DNA of 64,000 bases from contig JBJMJS010000132.1 of NCBI GenBank assembly GCA_045806225.1, positions 150-64,149 of the forward strand. Direction: 5' to 3'. The translations under genes were made by a program, and so were the position numbers. This DNA comes from Gaiellaceae bacterium (GTDB lineage: Bacteria; Actinomycetota; Thermoleophilia; Gaiellales; Gaiellaceae). Each line of letters starts with the position of its first letter. Within the stretch, counting starts at the first letter, position 1. Positions 1 through 9,589 of the stretch are shown here, piece after piece. Below the pieces are notes generated by a model. The model did no database searches. It saw nothing but the letters and a program-made list of their open reading frames with translations, and was not told the origin of the DNA.

Positions 1-1158
1 GAGACAGATTCCGAGGTAGGGGATCCCCCGCTCACGCGCGACGCGGCACGCGAGGATCTTCCCTTCCCAGCCACGTGACCCGAACCCGCCGGGAACGAGC
101 ACGCCGTCGACCGTCTCCAGCAGTGCCGCAGCCTCGTCGTACGACATGTTCTCCGCATCGACCCAGCGGACGCGAACGCGGCAGCCGTGATGCGCGCCCG
201 CGTGCTTCAACGCCTCGTGCACCGACAGATACGCGTCTTGCAGCTTCACGTACTTGCCGACGAGCGCGATCTCGATCTCGTCGTCTGCCTGCTGGAGCCG
301 CTCGGTGAGGTCGAGCCACTCGCCGAGCGCAGCGCGGCCACTCGGCAGCGAGAGCTTCCCTGCGACGAGCTCGTCGAGGCCCTCGGCCTGCAGTCGTGAC
401 GGGACGAGGTACACGTCGGGCACGTCGGGGCACGCGACGACGGCGCGCTGCTCGACGTCTGCGAACAGGGCGATCTTCTCGCGGATGTCGTCGGACAGCT
501 CTTCGTGCGAACGGCAGACGACGATGTCCGGGTGGATACCGATGCGGCGAAGCTCGTTGACGGAGTGCTGCGTCGGCTTCGTCTTCAGCTCGCCTGCCGC
601 TTCGATGAACGGCACGAGCGTCACGTGCAGGTAGAGGACGTTCTCGGCGCCGACCTCACGGCGGAACTGACGGATCGCCTCGAGGAAAGGCAGCGACTCG
701 ATGTCGCCGACTGTGCCGCCGATCTCGCTGATCACGACGTCGGCCGGCCGCGAGGCCGCAGACGAGCGGATGCGCAACTTGATCTCGTTCGTGATGTGCG
801 GGATCACCTGGACGGTCGCGCCGAGGAACTCACCCTTCCGCTCCTTCCGAAGGACCGCGTCCCAGATCGCGCCCGCCGTATGCGACGCGGCCCGCGTGAG
901 GTTCTCGTCGATGAACCGCTCGTAGTGGCCGATATCGAGATCCGTCTCGGCACCGTCCTCGGTCACGAACACCTCGCCGTGCTGGAACGGGCTCATCGTC
1001 CCCGGGTCGACGTTCAGATACGGGTCGAATTTCTGTGCCTGGACCTTCAGCCCGCGCGCCTTGAGCAGCCGGCCGAGCGAGGCGGCGACGATGCCCTTCC
1101 CGAGTGCCGAGACGACGCCGCCGGTGACGAAGACGTACTTCGTCTGGCCGCTGCTCAC
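1..1158 (-). CDS. pyrG: CTP synthase, N-terminal ~386 codons (the 3' end lies beyond the window start)
   Basis: Absent from the ORF track because it runs off the edge. The minus strand from GTG at 1158 reads [82 protein letters not shown]...[10 protein letters not shown], a canonical CTP synthase N-terminus. GTGA overlap with the upstream stop at 1155. Confidence 0.9.
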   Translation of the reverse strand, partial: MSSGQTKYVFVTGGVVSALGKGIVAASLGRLLKARGLKVQAQKFDPYLNVDPGTMSPFQHGEVFVTEDGAETDLDIGHYERFIDENLTRAASHTAGAIWDAVLRKERKGEFLGATVQVIPHITNEIKLRIRSSAASRPADVVISEIGGTVGDIESLPFLEAIRQFRREVGAENVLYLHVTLVPFIEAAGELKTKPTQHSVNELRRIGIHPDIVVCRSHEELSDDIREKIALFADVEQRAVVACPDVPDVYLVPSRLQAEGLDELVAGKLSLPSGRAALGEWLDLTERLQQADDEIEIALVGKYVKLQDAYLSVHEALKHAGAHHGCRVRVRWVDAENMSYDEAAALLETVDGVLVPGGFGSRGWEGKILACRVARERGIPYLGICL

Positions 1159-2354
1159 GCGCGCCGCCCGAGGCGGTCGAGCTGCGACAGGCCGGGCGTG
1201 CGTTCGATCGCTGCCCCCAGCGACGTTCGCTCCCCCACGAGGGTCAGGCCCGCGAGTGCCGCAATCGCCACCCAGCGCCCGCGTCCGGCGAAACGACTCA
1301 CGGAATTCAACCCTAGCATCGCCCCCAGCGCGTTCGAGCCGCCGTCTCCGAGCATCCCCATCTCCCGGAGATCGTAGGGAAGGAGCAGGACGGCGATTGC
1401 CCGCGGCGCGTCGACGACGGACGCGAGCGCGAGGTAGGTCTTCAGCGCGCGGCCGGGGCGCGTGTCGAGCTGGTTCAGCGCGTTCGCCCCGAGCGCGACG
1501 ACGAGGGCGCCCGAGATGCTGCGCGTGCGCGCGAGCCCGTACGCCGGGACGGCGACGAGCTTCAGGACGCCGGTTGTCCACCGGGCGCGCAGGTGCGCGC
1601 GGAACCCGCGCTCGGGGCCCGCCCACAGGTCGTCCGCGAGGCCGATCGCGGTCACGAACGGCTCGTGGACCGCAAACGCCCACCCGACGAGCGGCAGGCG
1701 CCGGCCGCGGTAGTTCACCGCGAGCGGGCCGGCTGCGAGGAGGGCGTCGGCGAGCTGGCGTGCACGGTGGGCGAAGCCTCGAGGCGTCCGTGCCGTCGCG
1801 CGATGCGAGAGGTCGAGCGGCAACTCCTCGATCGTGGCACCTGCGCGCGCGGCGTCGATCGTCATCCGGACCTCGCAGCCGAAGCCGGGCGCGAGCGGAA
1901 AGACGGCTCGCCGCGCGCGCGGCGAAAGCACGCGCTGGCCCGAGAGTGGCTCCTGCTGGACGAGGCCCGTGCGAAGCCGGACAATCGCGCGGGCGGCCGC
2001 CTTCGCAACGCCGAATCCGCCGCCGATCCTCCGCGTGAATGCGGCGATCTCGAGGTCGGCCGCCCCTGCGAGAAGCGGACGGAGATCGCCGCGCAGATCC
2101 GCGTCACATACGAGCAGGCGGCCCGGCGGCGCCGCCCGCTCCGCGGCAGACAGTGCTTGCCCCTTGCCGAGCCGCGACAGCCGGAGAACGGTCGCGCCTG
2201 CGTCCTCCGCGCGGTCGGCGGTTGCATCGCGCGAGCCGTCGTCGGCGACGAGAACCTCCGCCTCGGGGAACGTCGCGCGCAGCACCGTCACCGTCTCGGC
2301 GATCGCGGCCTCCTCGTCGCGCGCCGCGACGAGGACCGTCAGCGGATCATCCAC
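1155..2354 (-). CDS. Fusion protein: family-2 glycosyltransferase (N-terminal) plus short MraY/WecA-like polyprenyl-phosphate sugar-phosphate transferase domain (C-terminal)
   Basis: ORF 1155..2426. The N-terminal half has GT2 features (VLVAARDEE..., ADDGSRD, CDADL). The C-terminal ~190 aa are hydrophobic with GT4-family motifs [18 protein letters not shown] and GDGGSNALG. The likely start is the GTG at ~2354 ([15 protein letters not shown]), just after the upstream stop; the start is uncertain. Confidence 0.7.
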   Translation of the reverse strand: MDDPLTVLVAARDEEAAIAETVTVLRATFPEAEVLVADDGSRDATADRAEDAGATVLRLSRLGKGQALSAAERAAPPGRLLVCDADLRGDLRPLLAGAADLEIAAFTRRIGGGFGVAKAAARAIVRLRTGLVQQEPLSGQRVLSPRARRAVFPLAPGFGCEVRMTIDAARAGATIEELPLDLSHRATARTPRGFAHRARQLADALLAAGPLAVNYRGRRLPLVGWAFAVHEPFVTAIGLADDLWAGPERGFRAHLRARWTTGVLKLVAVPAYGLARTRSISGALVVALGANALNQLDTRPGRALKTYLALASVVDAPRAIAVLLLPYDLREMGMLGDGGSNALGAMLGLNSVSRFAGRGRWVAIAALAGLTLVGERTSLGAAIERTPGLSQLDRLGRRA

Positions 2355-3240
2355 CCGACGTCGTCGTCGACGATGTCGCGACGGGCGGGACAAGCGGGAG
2401 AATGTCCTCCCCGCGCCGCAGCCCATAGTGCCCGGTGCCTGTGTCCGCGTCCGAGAGAACGACGGCGAGCGCGACGCGCCCGACCTGGAGGTCGACGTCG
2501 CTGACGGTCGACAGCCCGAGCCGCGAGAAGACCGGCATCGCCGACGGGCGCGTGTCCGCCCGCTCGACGCCGACGACCGGGAGCGGTCGACTCGCGAGCT
2601 CGGAGTAGAGGCCGTTCAGGAGTCGCGCGGTCGCAAGATCCGTCTGTGGCGCGACCGTCCTGACGATCACGACGGCATCGGCCGGCTTCTTCGTGGTTCC
2701 GCTTCGTTCTTCGACGAGCTGACCTTCGAGCGCGTCCCAGAGCGGCGTGTCGCCGCCTGCGGAGAACTCATCTGCGAGCTCGACGCCGATGTCGTTGAAC
2801 CGTGTCGCGCCGGTCGCGTACGACGCGAGTTGCGGGTTCTTCGCGAGCGTACTCTGGATTCCGCGCGACTTGATCGGGACGGTTATCGCACGAGTGCGCA
2901 ACACGGTCGCGTCTGCGTCTTCGAGCGTCTGGTCGATCGCGCTCCGGACTTTCGGATCGACCGAGCCGACGAACATCAGTGCGATGCGCTCGCCTTTCAA
3001 GCGCTCGTGCATGACGCTCGAATACGTATTCGCGACGTACACGGCGTCGGAGCGGTACTCGTCCAGCTGCCGGTGGAGGCTGTCGTTGTCCTGCTGCGCA
3101 ATGCGGAGGTCCCGCTCGAGGCGCTGGCGTTCGGCGTGGCCGAGCCCGTGCGACGCGAGCGCGACGCCGACGAGGATGCCGATCACCAGTGCGAAGAACA
3201 CGGCGGCGAGCGAGGCAACGTGGTAGCGGAGATCGAACAT
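2347..3240 (-). CDS. MctB/SteB-like membrane-anchored protein (copper transporter MctB family)
   Basis: 297 aa. N-terminus MFDLRYHVASLAAVFFALVIGILVG followed by a coiled segment, typical of the MctB/DUF3186 family. It occupies the conserved position between steA and pyrG, as in Corynebacteriales. Confidence 0.7.
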   Translation of the reverse strand: MFDLRYHVASLAAVFFALVIGILVGVALASHGLGHAERQRLERDLRIAQQDNDSLHRQLDEYRSDAVYVANTYSSVMHERLKGERIALMFVGSVDPKVRSAIDQTLEDADATVLRTRAITVPIKSRGIQSTLAKNPQLASYATGATRFNDIGVELADEFSAGGDTPLWDALEGQLVEERSGTTKKPADAVVIVRTVAPQTDLATARLLNGLYSELASRPLPVVGVERADTRPSAMPVFSRLGLSTVSDVDLQVGRVALAVVLSDADTGTGHYGLRRGEDILPLVPPVATSSTTTSGG

Positions 3241-3663
3241 TCAGAGGTCGGCAGCAGTTTGGCAGAGGGCGTACAACCGGTTCAGCGCGCGACGCGGCAG
3301 CGCTCGCGGGAGGGGCACGAGCCACGATGCTTCGACGATCACCTCGGCGAGTGTCCGGTCTTTCGCCGTAGCGGTCAGGCGCAGCTCCGCATCGATCCGG
3401 TCCCCCGTCAGCGTCCAGGCGAAAAGGTTCGGTCGGTCGACCGCCCGTACGAGCAGCACGCCGCTGTAGCCGGAGCGACGGAAGAGCGTCGGCTTGCCGT
3501 GCGCGTGCACGACCCAGCGGGCGCCCGCAGCGAATCCACGCCGATCCGGCTCGACCGCGGCGACGGTCGGCCACCAGTCGCCGAAGTGATGCGGTTCGCA
3601 GACGAAGCTCCAGACATCCTCCCGCGACGCCTCGAGCTCGCGCGATGCGGCGACGCGGGCCAT
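3241..3663 (-). CDS. SRPBCC (polyketide cyclase/dehydrase-like) small protein
   Basis: 140 aa with sensible composition and an SRPBCC-like pattern (ASREDVWSFVCEPHHFGDWWP). Its stop directly abuts the next start at 3240. Confidence 0.55.
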   Translation of the reverse strand: MARVAASRELEASREDVWSFVCEPHHFGDWWPTVAAVEPDRRGFAAGARWVVHAHGKPTLFRRSGYSGVLLVRAVDRPNLFAWTLTGDRIDAELRLTATAKDRTLAEVIVEASWLVPLPRALPRRALNRLYALCQTAADL

Positions 3664-3678
3664 CGCGACAGCGTAGGG

Positions 3679-4812
3679 CTAACCGATGCCGAGCAGATCC
3701 CGAAGCCGCAGCGCGAGGTACTCGATCACGTGCCGCAGCGCCGGCGACACCGCGATTGCGACCGCGATCGCCGCGAGGCCGCCGAGGGCGAACAGAATGA
3801 GCGGCCACAGGCCGACCTGGCGGCTCGCGAGCCGCGACACGCCTTTCGCGTCGATCAGGATCTCGCCGACCTTCAGGCGCGTGAGGAACGTCGACGACAT
3901 TCCCGCGCGGTTGCGCTCGAGGAACTCGATCAGATTGAAGTGCGTTCCGACCGCAACGATCAGCTCGGACCCCTTCTCGAACGCGAGGAGCAACGCGACG
4001 TCCTCGCTGATCCCCATGGTCGAGACGAGCTCGTGCGCCACGCCGAGGCTCTCGGCGCGCGCCGCGCCGGGCGCGTTGCCGTCGCGGTACGCGTGCACGA
4101 GGAGCTCGGCGCCACAACGCATCGCGTCGTCGGAGACGGAGTCCATGTCGCCGACGATGACGTCCGGCTTGTAGCCGGCTTCGAGTAACGCGTCTGCGCC
4201 GCCGTCGACGGCGATCAGCACGGGCTTGAAGTCGCGGATGTACGGCCGAACCATCCGCAGGTCGCGTTTGTACCCCGGCCCGCGTGCGACGACGAGTGCA
4301 TGACGATCGCGAAAGCGCGTTCGCAGCTGCGGGAAGGCGACGCCCTCCGCAAGGAGCTTGCCCTCGTCGCGCAGGTACCGCATCGTGTTCTCGGCGAACG
4401 CTTCGAGCGCCTCGGTGACGCGTCCGCGCTGGTCGGCAAGCGCGCGCTCGAGATCGGAGACGTCGAGGACCTGCCCCGACGCGAGACAGGTCCCGTTGCG
4501 GTACAGACCGGCGCCGCGGACCGTCAGCAGCTCGCCCTCGTGGACCTGCTCGAACAGGTCCGCACCGGGCGCATCGATCAACCGCACGCCGCCGCGAACG
4601 AGGGCGAGCGGGCCCGGGCATGGGAAGCGGCCGGACTGCGACGTCGCGACGTTGACGACGACCCTGACGCCCGAATCGATCAGCTCCTCTGCCGACACCC
4701 GATCGATGTCGGTGTGGTCGATGATCGCGATGTCGTCCGCCGAAAGCCGCCGCGCGAGATTCTTCGTCCGACGATCGAGCTTCGCGTGCCCGGTCAGCTC
4801 GACGAAGCTCAT
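3679..4812 (-). CDS. steA: Putative cytokinetic ring protein SteA (thiamine pyrophosphokinase-like fold with C-terminal TM)
   Basis: ORF 3679..4941; the internal ATG at 4812 gives MSFVELTGHAKLDRRTKNLARRL...IAVDGGADALLEAGYKPDVIVGDMDSVSD...C-terminal TM. Conserved recN-steA-steB synteny. Confidence 0.8.
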   Translation of the reverse strand: MSFVELTGHAKLDRRTKNLARRLSADDIAIIDHTDIDRVSAEELIDSGVRVVVNVATSQSGRFPCPGPLALVRGGVRLIDAPGADLFEQVHEGELLTVRGAGLYRNGTCLASGQVLDVSDLERALADQRGRVTEALEAFAENTMRYLRDEGKLLAEGVAFPQLRTRFRDRHALVVARGPGYKRDLRMVRPYIRDFKPVLIAVDGGADALLEAGYKPDVIVGDMDSVSDDAMRCGAELLVHAYRDGNAPGAARAESLGVAHELVSTMGISEDVALLLAFEKGSELIVAVGTHFNLIEFLERNRAGMSSTFLTRLKVGEILIDAKGVSRLASRQVGLWPLILFALGGLAAIAVAIAVSPALRHVIEYLALRLRDLLGIG

Positions 4813-4834
4813 CGGGCGCTCTCTCCCGCGACGC

Positions 4835-6463
4835 TCATGACCGTACGCTCGACAGGAACTCCTCCCCGCCGAGCATCCGCTGGAGCTCGTCGCGCCGTTC
4901 GGTGTCGTCGAGCGCCTCGATCCGCGTGTGGGTCGGATCACCCGGAACCTTCTCGACGCGGAAGTGGCGGTCGGCGACGCTCGCGATTTGCGGGAGATGC
5001 GTGATCGTCACGACCTGCGCCCGCGTCGCCAACCGGCGCAGCGTCTCGCCAACCCGGTGCGCCGTCTCGCCGCCGATCCCCGCGTCGATTTCGTCGAACA
5101 CCATCGTCTCGCCGCCGCCGACGGCCGCGATCGCGAGCGCGATCCGCGAGAGCTCGCCACCCGACGCCGTCTCCGCGACCGGTGCGAACGGGAGCCCTCG
5201 GTTCGGTCGGATCAGGAAGGCGGCCTCGTCTCGGCCGGACGCGCCGGCATCCCGCTCGCCGAGCGCGACGCGGAACTCGCCTTCGCCCATCCCTACACCG
5301 GCGAGCTCGCTCGCGACCGCCGCGGCGAACGCGTCGACGGCATCGCGCCGCGCCGCGGCCAACTCGTCCGCGAGCCGGTCGCTCTCACGCTGCGCCGCCG
5401 CCAATGCCTCCGCCGACGCAGCGGCGGGATCCTCGCCGCCGTCGATCGCGTCGAGCTCTGCTCGCGCCTCCGCCGCGCGCACGAGCAGCTCGTCGAGCGT
5501 CTGCGCCCGGAAACGCCGCTTCGCTTCTGCGATCCGCTCGAGCTCGGCCTCGATCTCCTCGAGGCGCGCAGGATCGGCGTCGAGCCCGGCGAGGAAGCTC
5601 CGAAGCTCCGACGCTGTCTCGCGGAGGCGCAGCTCGACGTCCCGGAGCTCGTCACCCGCCCGGGCGAGCTCGGGCGCGATCCGCTCGACCGGGGCGACGG
5701 CTCGCTCCGCCGATGCGACGAGGCCGGCGGCACCCTCCCCCTCCTCGGGCGAGAGCGCCGTTGCTGCGGAGCTCGCCGCCTCTGCCAGCTCGGTCACGTG
5801 CCGATGCCGCTCGCGTTCGGCCCGCAGGCGCTCTTCCTCGTGGACTGCCATCCCCGCGGTCTGCTCGACGAGCACCCGCAGCTCGGCGAGCCTCGCCTCG
5901 GCGACGGCGGCGCCCGACTGGAGATCGTCATGCCGGCGGCGCGCCGCGACGAGATCGCGCCAGGCGGCGCGCGCAGCAGCACGACGCCGCTGCTGATCCG
6001 GCCCGACATACGCGTCGAGCACGTCGAGCTGGTAGGCGGGGCGTCCGAGCCGCCGCTGCTCGAACTGGCCCGACATCGCGATCGCGCGCTCCGCCGCCGC
6101 GGCGACGTCCTCACGCGCCGCGCTCCGCCCCCACGCGTACGCCCGCGTCCGACCGTCGGCGAAGATCCGCCGGGCGAGAACGAGGCCCTCCTCGTCGGCC
6201 GGGCGGAGGTCGGCGAGCCCGCCGATGCTGTCGTCGTCGCCGAGCTCTGCAGGCAAGTCGAGCTCAGCCTCGACGTACGCCTCGTCGCCGTCGGGCCCGA
6301 TGAACGCCGCGTCGCCTCGGGCACCGAGCAGCAATCCGATCGCCTGGGCGAGGATCGTCTTCCCGGCACCGGTCTCGCCGGTGATCGCGTTGAGCCCGGG
6401 CGCGAATGCGAGCTCGGCCTCGCGGATCAGGACGAGGTTCTCGATGCGCAGGCGGCGCAGCAC
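4835..6463 (-). CDS. recN: DNA repair protein RecN
   Basis: 542 aa. MLRRLRIENLVLIREAELAFAPGLNAITGETGAGKTIL (Walker A), long coiled-coil, C-terminal LSGGE...VFDEIDAGIGG signature. Confidence 0.92.
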   Translation of the reverse strand: MLRRLRIENLVLIREAELAFAPGLNAITGETGAGKTILAQAIGLLLGARGDAAFIGPDGDEAYVEAELDLPAELGDDDSIGGLADLRPADEEGLVLARRIFADGRTRAYAWGRSAAREDVAAAAERAIAMSGQFEQRRLGRPAYQLDVLDAYVGPDQQRRRAAARAAWRDLVAARRRHDDLQSGAAVAEARLAELRVLVEQTAGMAVHEEERLRAERERHRHVTELAEAASSAATALSPEEGEGAAGLVASAERAVAPVERIAPELARAGDELRDVELRLRETASELRSFLAGLDADPARLEEIEAELERIAEAKRRFRAQTLDELLVRAAEARAELDAIDGGEDPAAASAEALAAAQRESDRLADELAAARRDAVDAFAAAVASELAGVGMGEGEFRVALGERDAGASGRDEAAFLIRPNRGLPFAPVAETASGGELSRIALAIAAVGGGETMVFDEIDAGIGGETAHRVGETLRRLATRAQVVTITHLPQIASVADRHFRVEKVPGDPTHTRIEALDDTERRDELQRMLGGEEFLSSVRS

Positions 6464-6645
6464 GTCACGGGATGGTATGCGGAGCGGCGGGGGCCGACCA
6501 TCGGCCTGAGCAGACGGGCTGCCGGCAGCGAGATCTCACGAGGTAGACGCGTGTAGCCGGGAACCCACCTCCCGCCCCGTTGGCATCGAGCCTATCGCCG
6601 CGCGTGTGGCGCATGGGTGCCGGATTCGTGACGACTTTCGACGGC

Positions 6646-6665
6646 GCCGCCCGGGTGTCGGCGGC
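6646..6665 (-). terminator. GC hairpin immediately after the nadK stop (GCCGCC-N8-GGCGGC)
   Basis: A 6-bp GC stem read directly; it overlaps or abuts the TAG of nadK. There is no U-tract. It precedes a ~200-nt non-coding gap before recN. Confidence 0.3.
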
Positions 6666-7528
6666 TACGAGCCGAACGTCTCGCGGTAGCGGCGGAAGAA
6701 CGTCGTCTCCGGCAGCGTCGCGAGCAGCGCGCGGCGATCCCCGAGCCGGACGACGGCGCGGGCGCCGTGCCCGATCTCGGCGGCGGGGTGACCGTCGACG
6801 AGGACGGAGGCGGCGACGTCCGGCGTCTCGTTCCGAACGTCGAGGTCGAGCCCGCGCGGGACGACCATCGGCCGGGCGTGCAGCGAGTGCGCGGCAATGA
6901 AGGTGACGGCCATCGCGTCGAGGCCCCGCACCAGCACCGGTCCGCCGTTCGACAGGTTGTACGCGGTCGAGCCGGATGGAGTCGAGCAGATCATCCCGTC
7001 ACAGGGCTGGATGCCGAGGTCCTCGCCGCCGATCGTCCACCCCAGAGCGACCATCCGGCCGCGCGTCGCGCTGAGAACGACGACGTCGTTCACGGAGACC
7101 GCGCGGACATCGCCGACTTCGAGCTCCAGTGTCGTCAGCGGCACGACGCGGTAATCGCCGGCAAATACACGCGCGAGCCCGGCTTCGAGCTCGTCCGGCG
7201 TCACCGACGCCAGGAACCCCACGCGCCCGAAGTTGACGCCGATGACCGGCACGTCCTGGCCGATGAACCGGTTCAGCGCGCGCAGCATCGTGCCGTCCCC
7301 ACCGAGGACGACTGCGATGTCGGCCGCAGCGAGATCGGCGTCGCCTTCCTGGAGCCCGTGCTTCGCGGCCTCCTCGCCTGGAAGCAGGAGCTCCACGCCC
7401 GCGCCACGCGCGACCGACTCGAGCCGGGCGAGCGCCGGCCCGATCGTCTCACGCTTGCCGTGGGTGATCACGGCGACGCGGCGGACGGCGCTAGCTGATC
7501 TCGGCTTCGATTCGCTCGTCGATGTCAT
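6665..7528 (-). CDS. nadK: NAD(+) kinase
   Basis: 287 aa. VVLGGDGTMLRALNRF, VPVIGVNFGRVGFLASV and STPSGSTAYNLSNGGP motifs. Confidence 0.9.
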   Translation of the reverse strand: MTSTSESKPRSASAVRRVAVITHGKRETIGPALARLESVARGAGVELLLPGEEAAKHGLQEGDADLAAADIAVVLGGDGTMLRALNRFIGQDVPVIGVNFGRVGFLASVTPDELEAGLARVFAGDYRVVPLTTLELEVGDVRAVSVNDVVVLSATRGRMVALGWTIGGEDLGIQPCDGMICSTPSGSTAYNLSNGGPVLVRGLDAMAVTFIAAHSLHARPMVVPRGLDLDVRNETPDVAASVLVDGHPAAEIGHGARAVVRLGDRRALLATLPETTFFRRYRETFGS

Positions 7529-8252
7529 CGGGAAGCTGCGGCTCGGGCCGGTGGACGAGGTGGAGAAACGCCTCGCGGTTGCCCTTCGGTCCCGGCAGCC
7601 CGGAGTCTACGACCCCGATCGTCTCCCCTCCCCATGCGAGCGCCGCGACCGCGACCTCGCGGACGACGCGCCGACGGACGGCGACGTCGCGCACGACGCC
7701 CTTCGGGACTTCCGGGCGACCCGCCTCGAACTGCGGCTTGACGAGCACGACCGCCTCCCACCCAGGCGCCGCGCGTGCGAGAACCGGTGGCAGCGCGAGC
7801 CGGACGCTGATAAACGAGACGTCGCAGACGACGAGATCCGGTGGGAACGGCAGCTGCTCGATCGTCCGCGCGTTCGTCCGCTCGAGGACGACGACACGCG
7901 CATCCGAACGCAGCTTCTCGTGCAACTGGCCGTAGCCGACGTCGATCGCGATCACCCGCGCGGCACCGCGCTGCAGCAACACGTCCGTGAACCCGCCGGT
8001 CGAGGCGCCGACATCGACGCAGTCGCGGCCGCCGGGTTCGACGCCGAATGCATCAAGCGCATGCGCGAGCTTGTCGCCGCCGCGCGAGACGAACGGCGGC
8101 AGCTGCTCGAGCTCGAGCGTCGCCTCCTCGTCGACCTGCGTCCCAGGCTTGTCGTGTCCGCGCACCCGGCCCGCGAGGACGAGCGCCTGCGCCTGCGTAC
8201 GCGACTCCGCCAGCCCTCGCTCGACGAGGAGCACGTCGAGCCGCTTCTTCAA
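7491..8252 (-). CDS. tlyA: TlyA-family rRNA (cytidine-2'-O)-methyltransferase
   Basis: 253 aa. S4-like N-terminus MKKRLDVLLVERGLAESRTQAQALV, FtsJ-type SAM motif VDVGASTGGFTD, DVSFISV. Confidence 0.85.
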   Translation of the reverse strand: MKKRLDVLLVERGLAESRTQAQALVLAGRVRGHDKPGTQVDEEATLELEQLPPFVSRGGDKLAHALDAFGVEPGGRDCVDVGASTGGFTDVLLQRGAARVIAIDVGYGQLHEKLRSDARVVVLERTNARTIEQLPFPPDLVVCDVSFISVRLALPPVLARAAPGWEAVVLVKPQFEAGRPEVPKGVVRDVAVRRRVVREVAVAALAWGGETIGVVDSGLPGPKGNREAFLHLVHRPEPQLPDDIDERIEAEIS

Positions 8253-9028
8253 GACGTGCGCGCTGCGAGCCCCGCGACGATGTCCGAAAGCACCGATGTG
8301 TCCGCAGGGATGTCGGTCAGCCGCGTGTGCGCGCGCTCCGCCGCCTCGTCAGCAAGCGACCGCGCACGCCGTGCCCCGTGCGTGAGCACATAGCCGTCGC
8401 CGTCGAGGATGTCGTCGACGATCTGGAAGAGCAGTCCCAGCTCGTCGCCGAATGCGCGCCAGGGGGGCTGATCCTGCAGCGGGATCTCCGCAACCCACAG
8501 CGCAAGCGCAACCGACGCGGAGAACAGACAGCCCGTCTTCAGCTTGTGAAGGGTCGCTTCGTCCGGCGCACTGCCGGTGATGTCGAGGTACTGACCGCCG
8601 ATCATCCCGAGCGTCGCCTGCGCAAGCTCGCGCCCGACGTCGGGCGTGGAATACGACAGCGCAAGCCGGAACGCCTCGGCGAGCAGAGCATCCCCGGCGA
8701 GGATCGCGACCGCCTCCCCGTGCTCCGCCCACACCGACGGCTGGCCGCGCCGGACGGTGTCATTGTCGAGCGCGGGCAGGTCGTCGTGGACGAGCGAGAA
8801 GTTGTGCACGAGCTCGACGGACGCCGCGGCCGGAAGTGCCATCTCGGCGTCGCATCCGGCCGCCTCCGCCGTTGCGAGGCAGATCACGGGACGCACGCGC
8901 TTGCCGCCGACCGAAAGCGCGTAGCGCATCGAGTCGGCCTGGGCGTGCAGCTCCGGCGTGAGCGCGAGCTCGTGGAGGTACGCGTCGATCAGCCCGCGCA
9001 GCTCGTCAGGCGTTCGCACCGGCGTCAC
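8249..9028 (-). CDS. ispA: Polyprenyl (farnesyl/geranylgeranyl) diphosphate synthase
   Basis: ORF 8249..9121. FARM LVHDDLPALDNDTVRRG and SARM FQIVDDILD motifs. The start is probably the GTG at ~9028 or ~9019 (VTPVRTPDELRGLIDAYL), overlapping the upstream small gene. Confidence 0.85.
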   Translation of the reverse strand: MTPVRTPDELRGLIDAYLHELALTPELHAQADSMRYALSVGGKRVRPVICLATAEAAGCDAEMALPAAASVELVHNFSLVHDDLPALDNDTVRRGQPSVWAEHGEAVAILAGDALLAEAFRLALSYSTPDVGRELAQATLGMIGGQYLDITGSAPDEATLHKLKTGCLFSASVALALWVAEIPLQDQPPWRAFGDELGLLFQIVDDILDGDGYVLTHGARRARSLADEAAERAHTRLTDIPADTSVLSDIVAGLAARTS

Positions 9029-9218
9029 CTTCCGAGGCGCGCTTCGCGCTCTGGAGCTCTTCCTCGATCTGCTTGCTGAGGTCGGAAAGCTCGCTGAGGA
9101 TGTCGAGCGCGCGGTCGGCATCGCCCGCGTCGGAGAGCTGCTCCAGCTCCGCGCGCGTGGACTCGAGCCGCGCGAGCAGCTCCTCGGCGCGGGCGAGAGC
9201 GTCCTCGGCGCGCGTCAC
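9006..9218 (-). CDS. Small (70 aa) coiled-coil protein in the XseB (exonuclease VII small subunit) position
   Basis: C-terminal part of ORF 9006..9542, starting at a GTG that overlaps the nusB stop (GTGA). Sequence: VTRAEDALARAEELLARLESTRAELEQLS...EEELQSAKR. It lies immediately upstream of ispA, as in the xseB-ispA operons of E. coli and Bacillus. Its similarity to XseB is weak and judged by eye only. Confidence 0.4.
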   Translation of the reverse strand: MTRAEDALARAEELLARLESTRAELEQLSDAGDADRALDILSELSDLSKQIEEELQSAKRASEGDAGANA

Positions 9219-9589
9219 GCCGCCTTCTCCCGCACGATCCTGCCGAGGATCCCGTTCACCAGCCGACCGGCGTCGTCCGTCGCATAGCGTCGTGCGAGCG
9301 TAACCGCTTCGTCGATCGCGACCTCGTCGGGAACCTCGTCGCCGCGCAGCTCGTGGACCGCGATCCTGAGGATGTTGCGCTCGACGGCACCGAGCCGGTC
9401 GGCGGTCCAGCCGTCGGCGGCAGCCGTGATCAGCGCGTCGAGGGTGGGCGCCTCGGCTGCAACTGCCTCGGCCGTGTGCCGCGCCCACGCGTCGACCTCG
9501 CCTTCGTAGAGCGAGGCGAGCGGCTGCCCCGTGACGTCCCACTGGTAGAGCAGGAAGAACGCAGTCCGCCGTCCTGCCTTTCGGCTCAC
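9215..9589 (-). CDS. nusB: Transcription antitermination factor NusB
   Basis: C-terminal 124 aa of ORF 9215..10258, from a GTG overlapping the accC stop (GTGA). Sequence: RRTAFFLLYQWDVTG...ERNILRIAVHEL...AIDEAVTLARRYATDDAGRLVNGILGRI. Confidence 0.85.
   Translation of the reverse strand: MSRKAGRRTAFFLLYQWDVTGQPLASLYEGEVDAWARHTAEAVAAEAPTLDALITAAADGWTADRLGAVERNILRIAVHELRGDEVPDEVAIDEAVTLARRYATDDAGRLVNGILGRIVREKAA

Noticed and set aside
1834-4188. Very long ORFs in the track, for example the 784 aa at 1834..4188 (+), the 824 aa at 23012..25486 (+), the 729 aa at 10584..12773 (+) and the 671 aa at 44367..46382 (+).
   Set aside because: They run antisense to, or out of frame with, genes that have unmistakable family motifs. 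Their translations are dominated by R/A/G/P/D strings typical of non-coding frames in GC-rich DNA, where stop codons are rare.
6470-6615. A ~50-codon ORF on the minus strand in the nadK-recN gap, ending 1 nt before the recN GTG (MRHTRGDRLDANGAGGGF...).
   Set aside because: It has no recognisable features, intermediate third-position GC and no overlap-type coupling. It is plausibly a chance open frame in GC-rich DNA.
6626-6641. Possible LexA/SOS box upstream of recN (TCGTGA-CGAC-TTTCGA).
   Set aside because: Only one half-site resembles the actinobacterial TCGAAC-N4-GTTCGA consensus; the other half matches at about 3 of 6 positions. This is too weak to call without a genome-derived motif.
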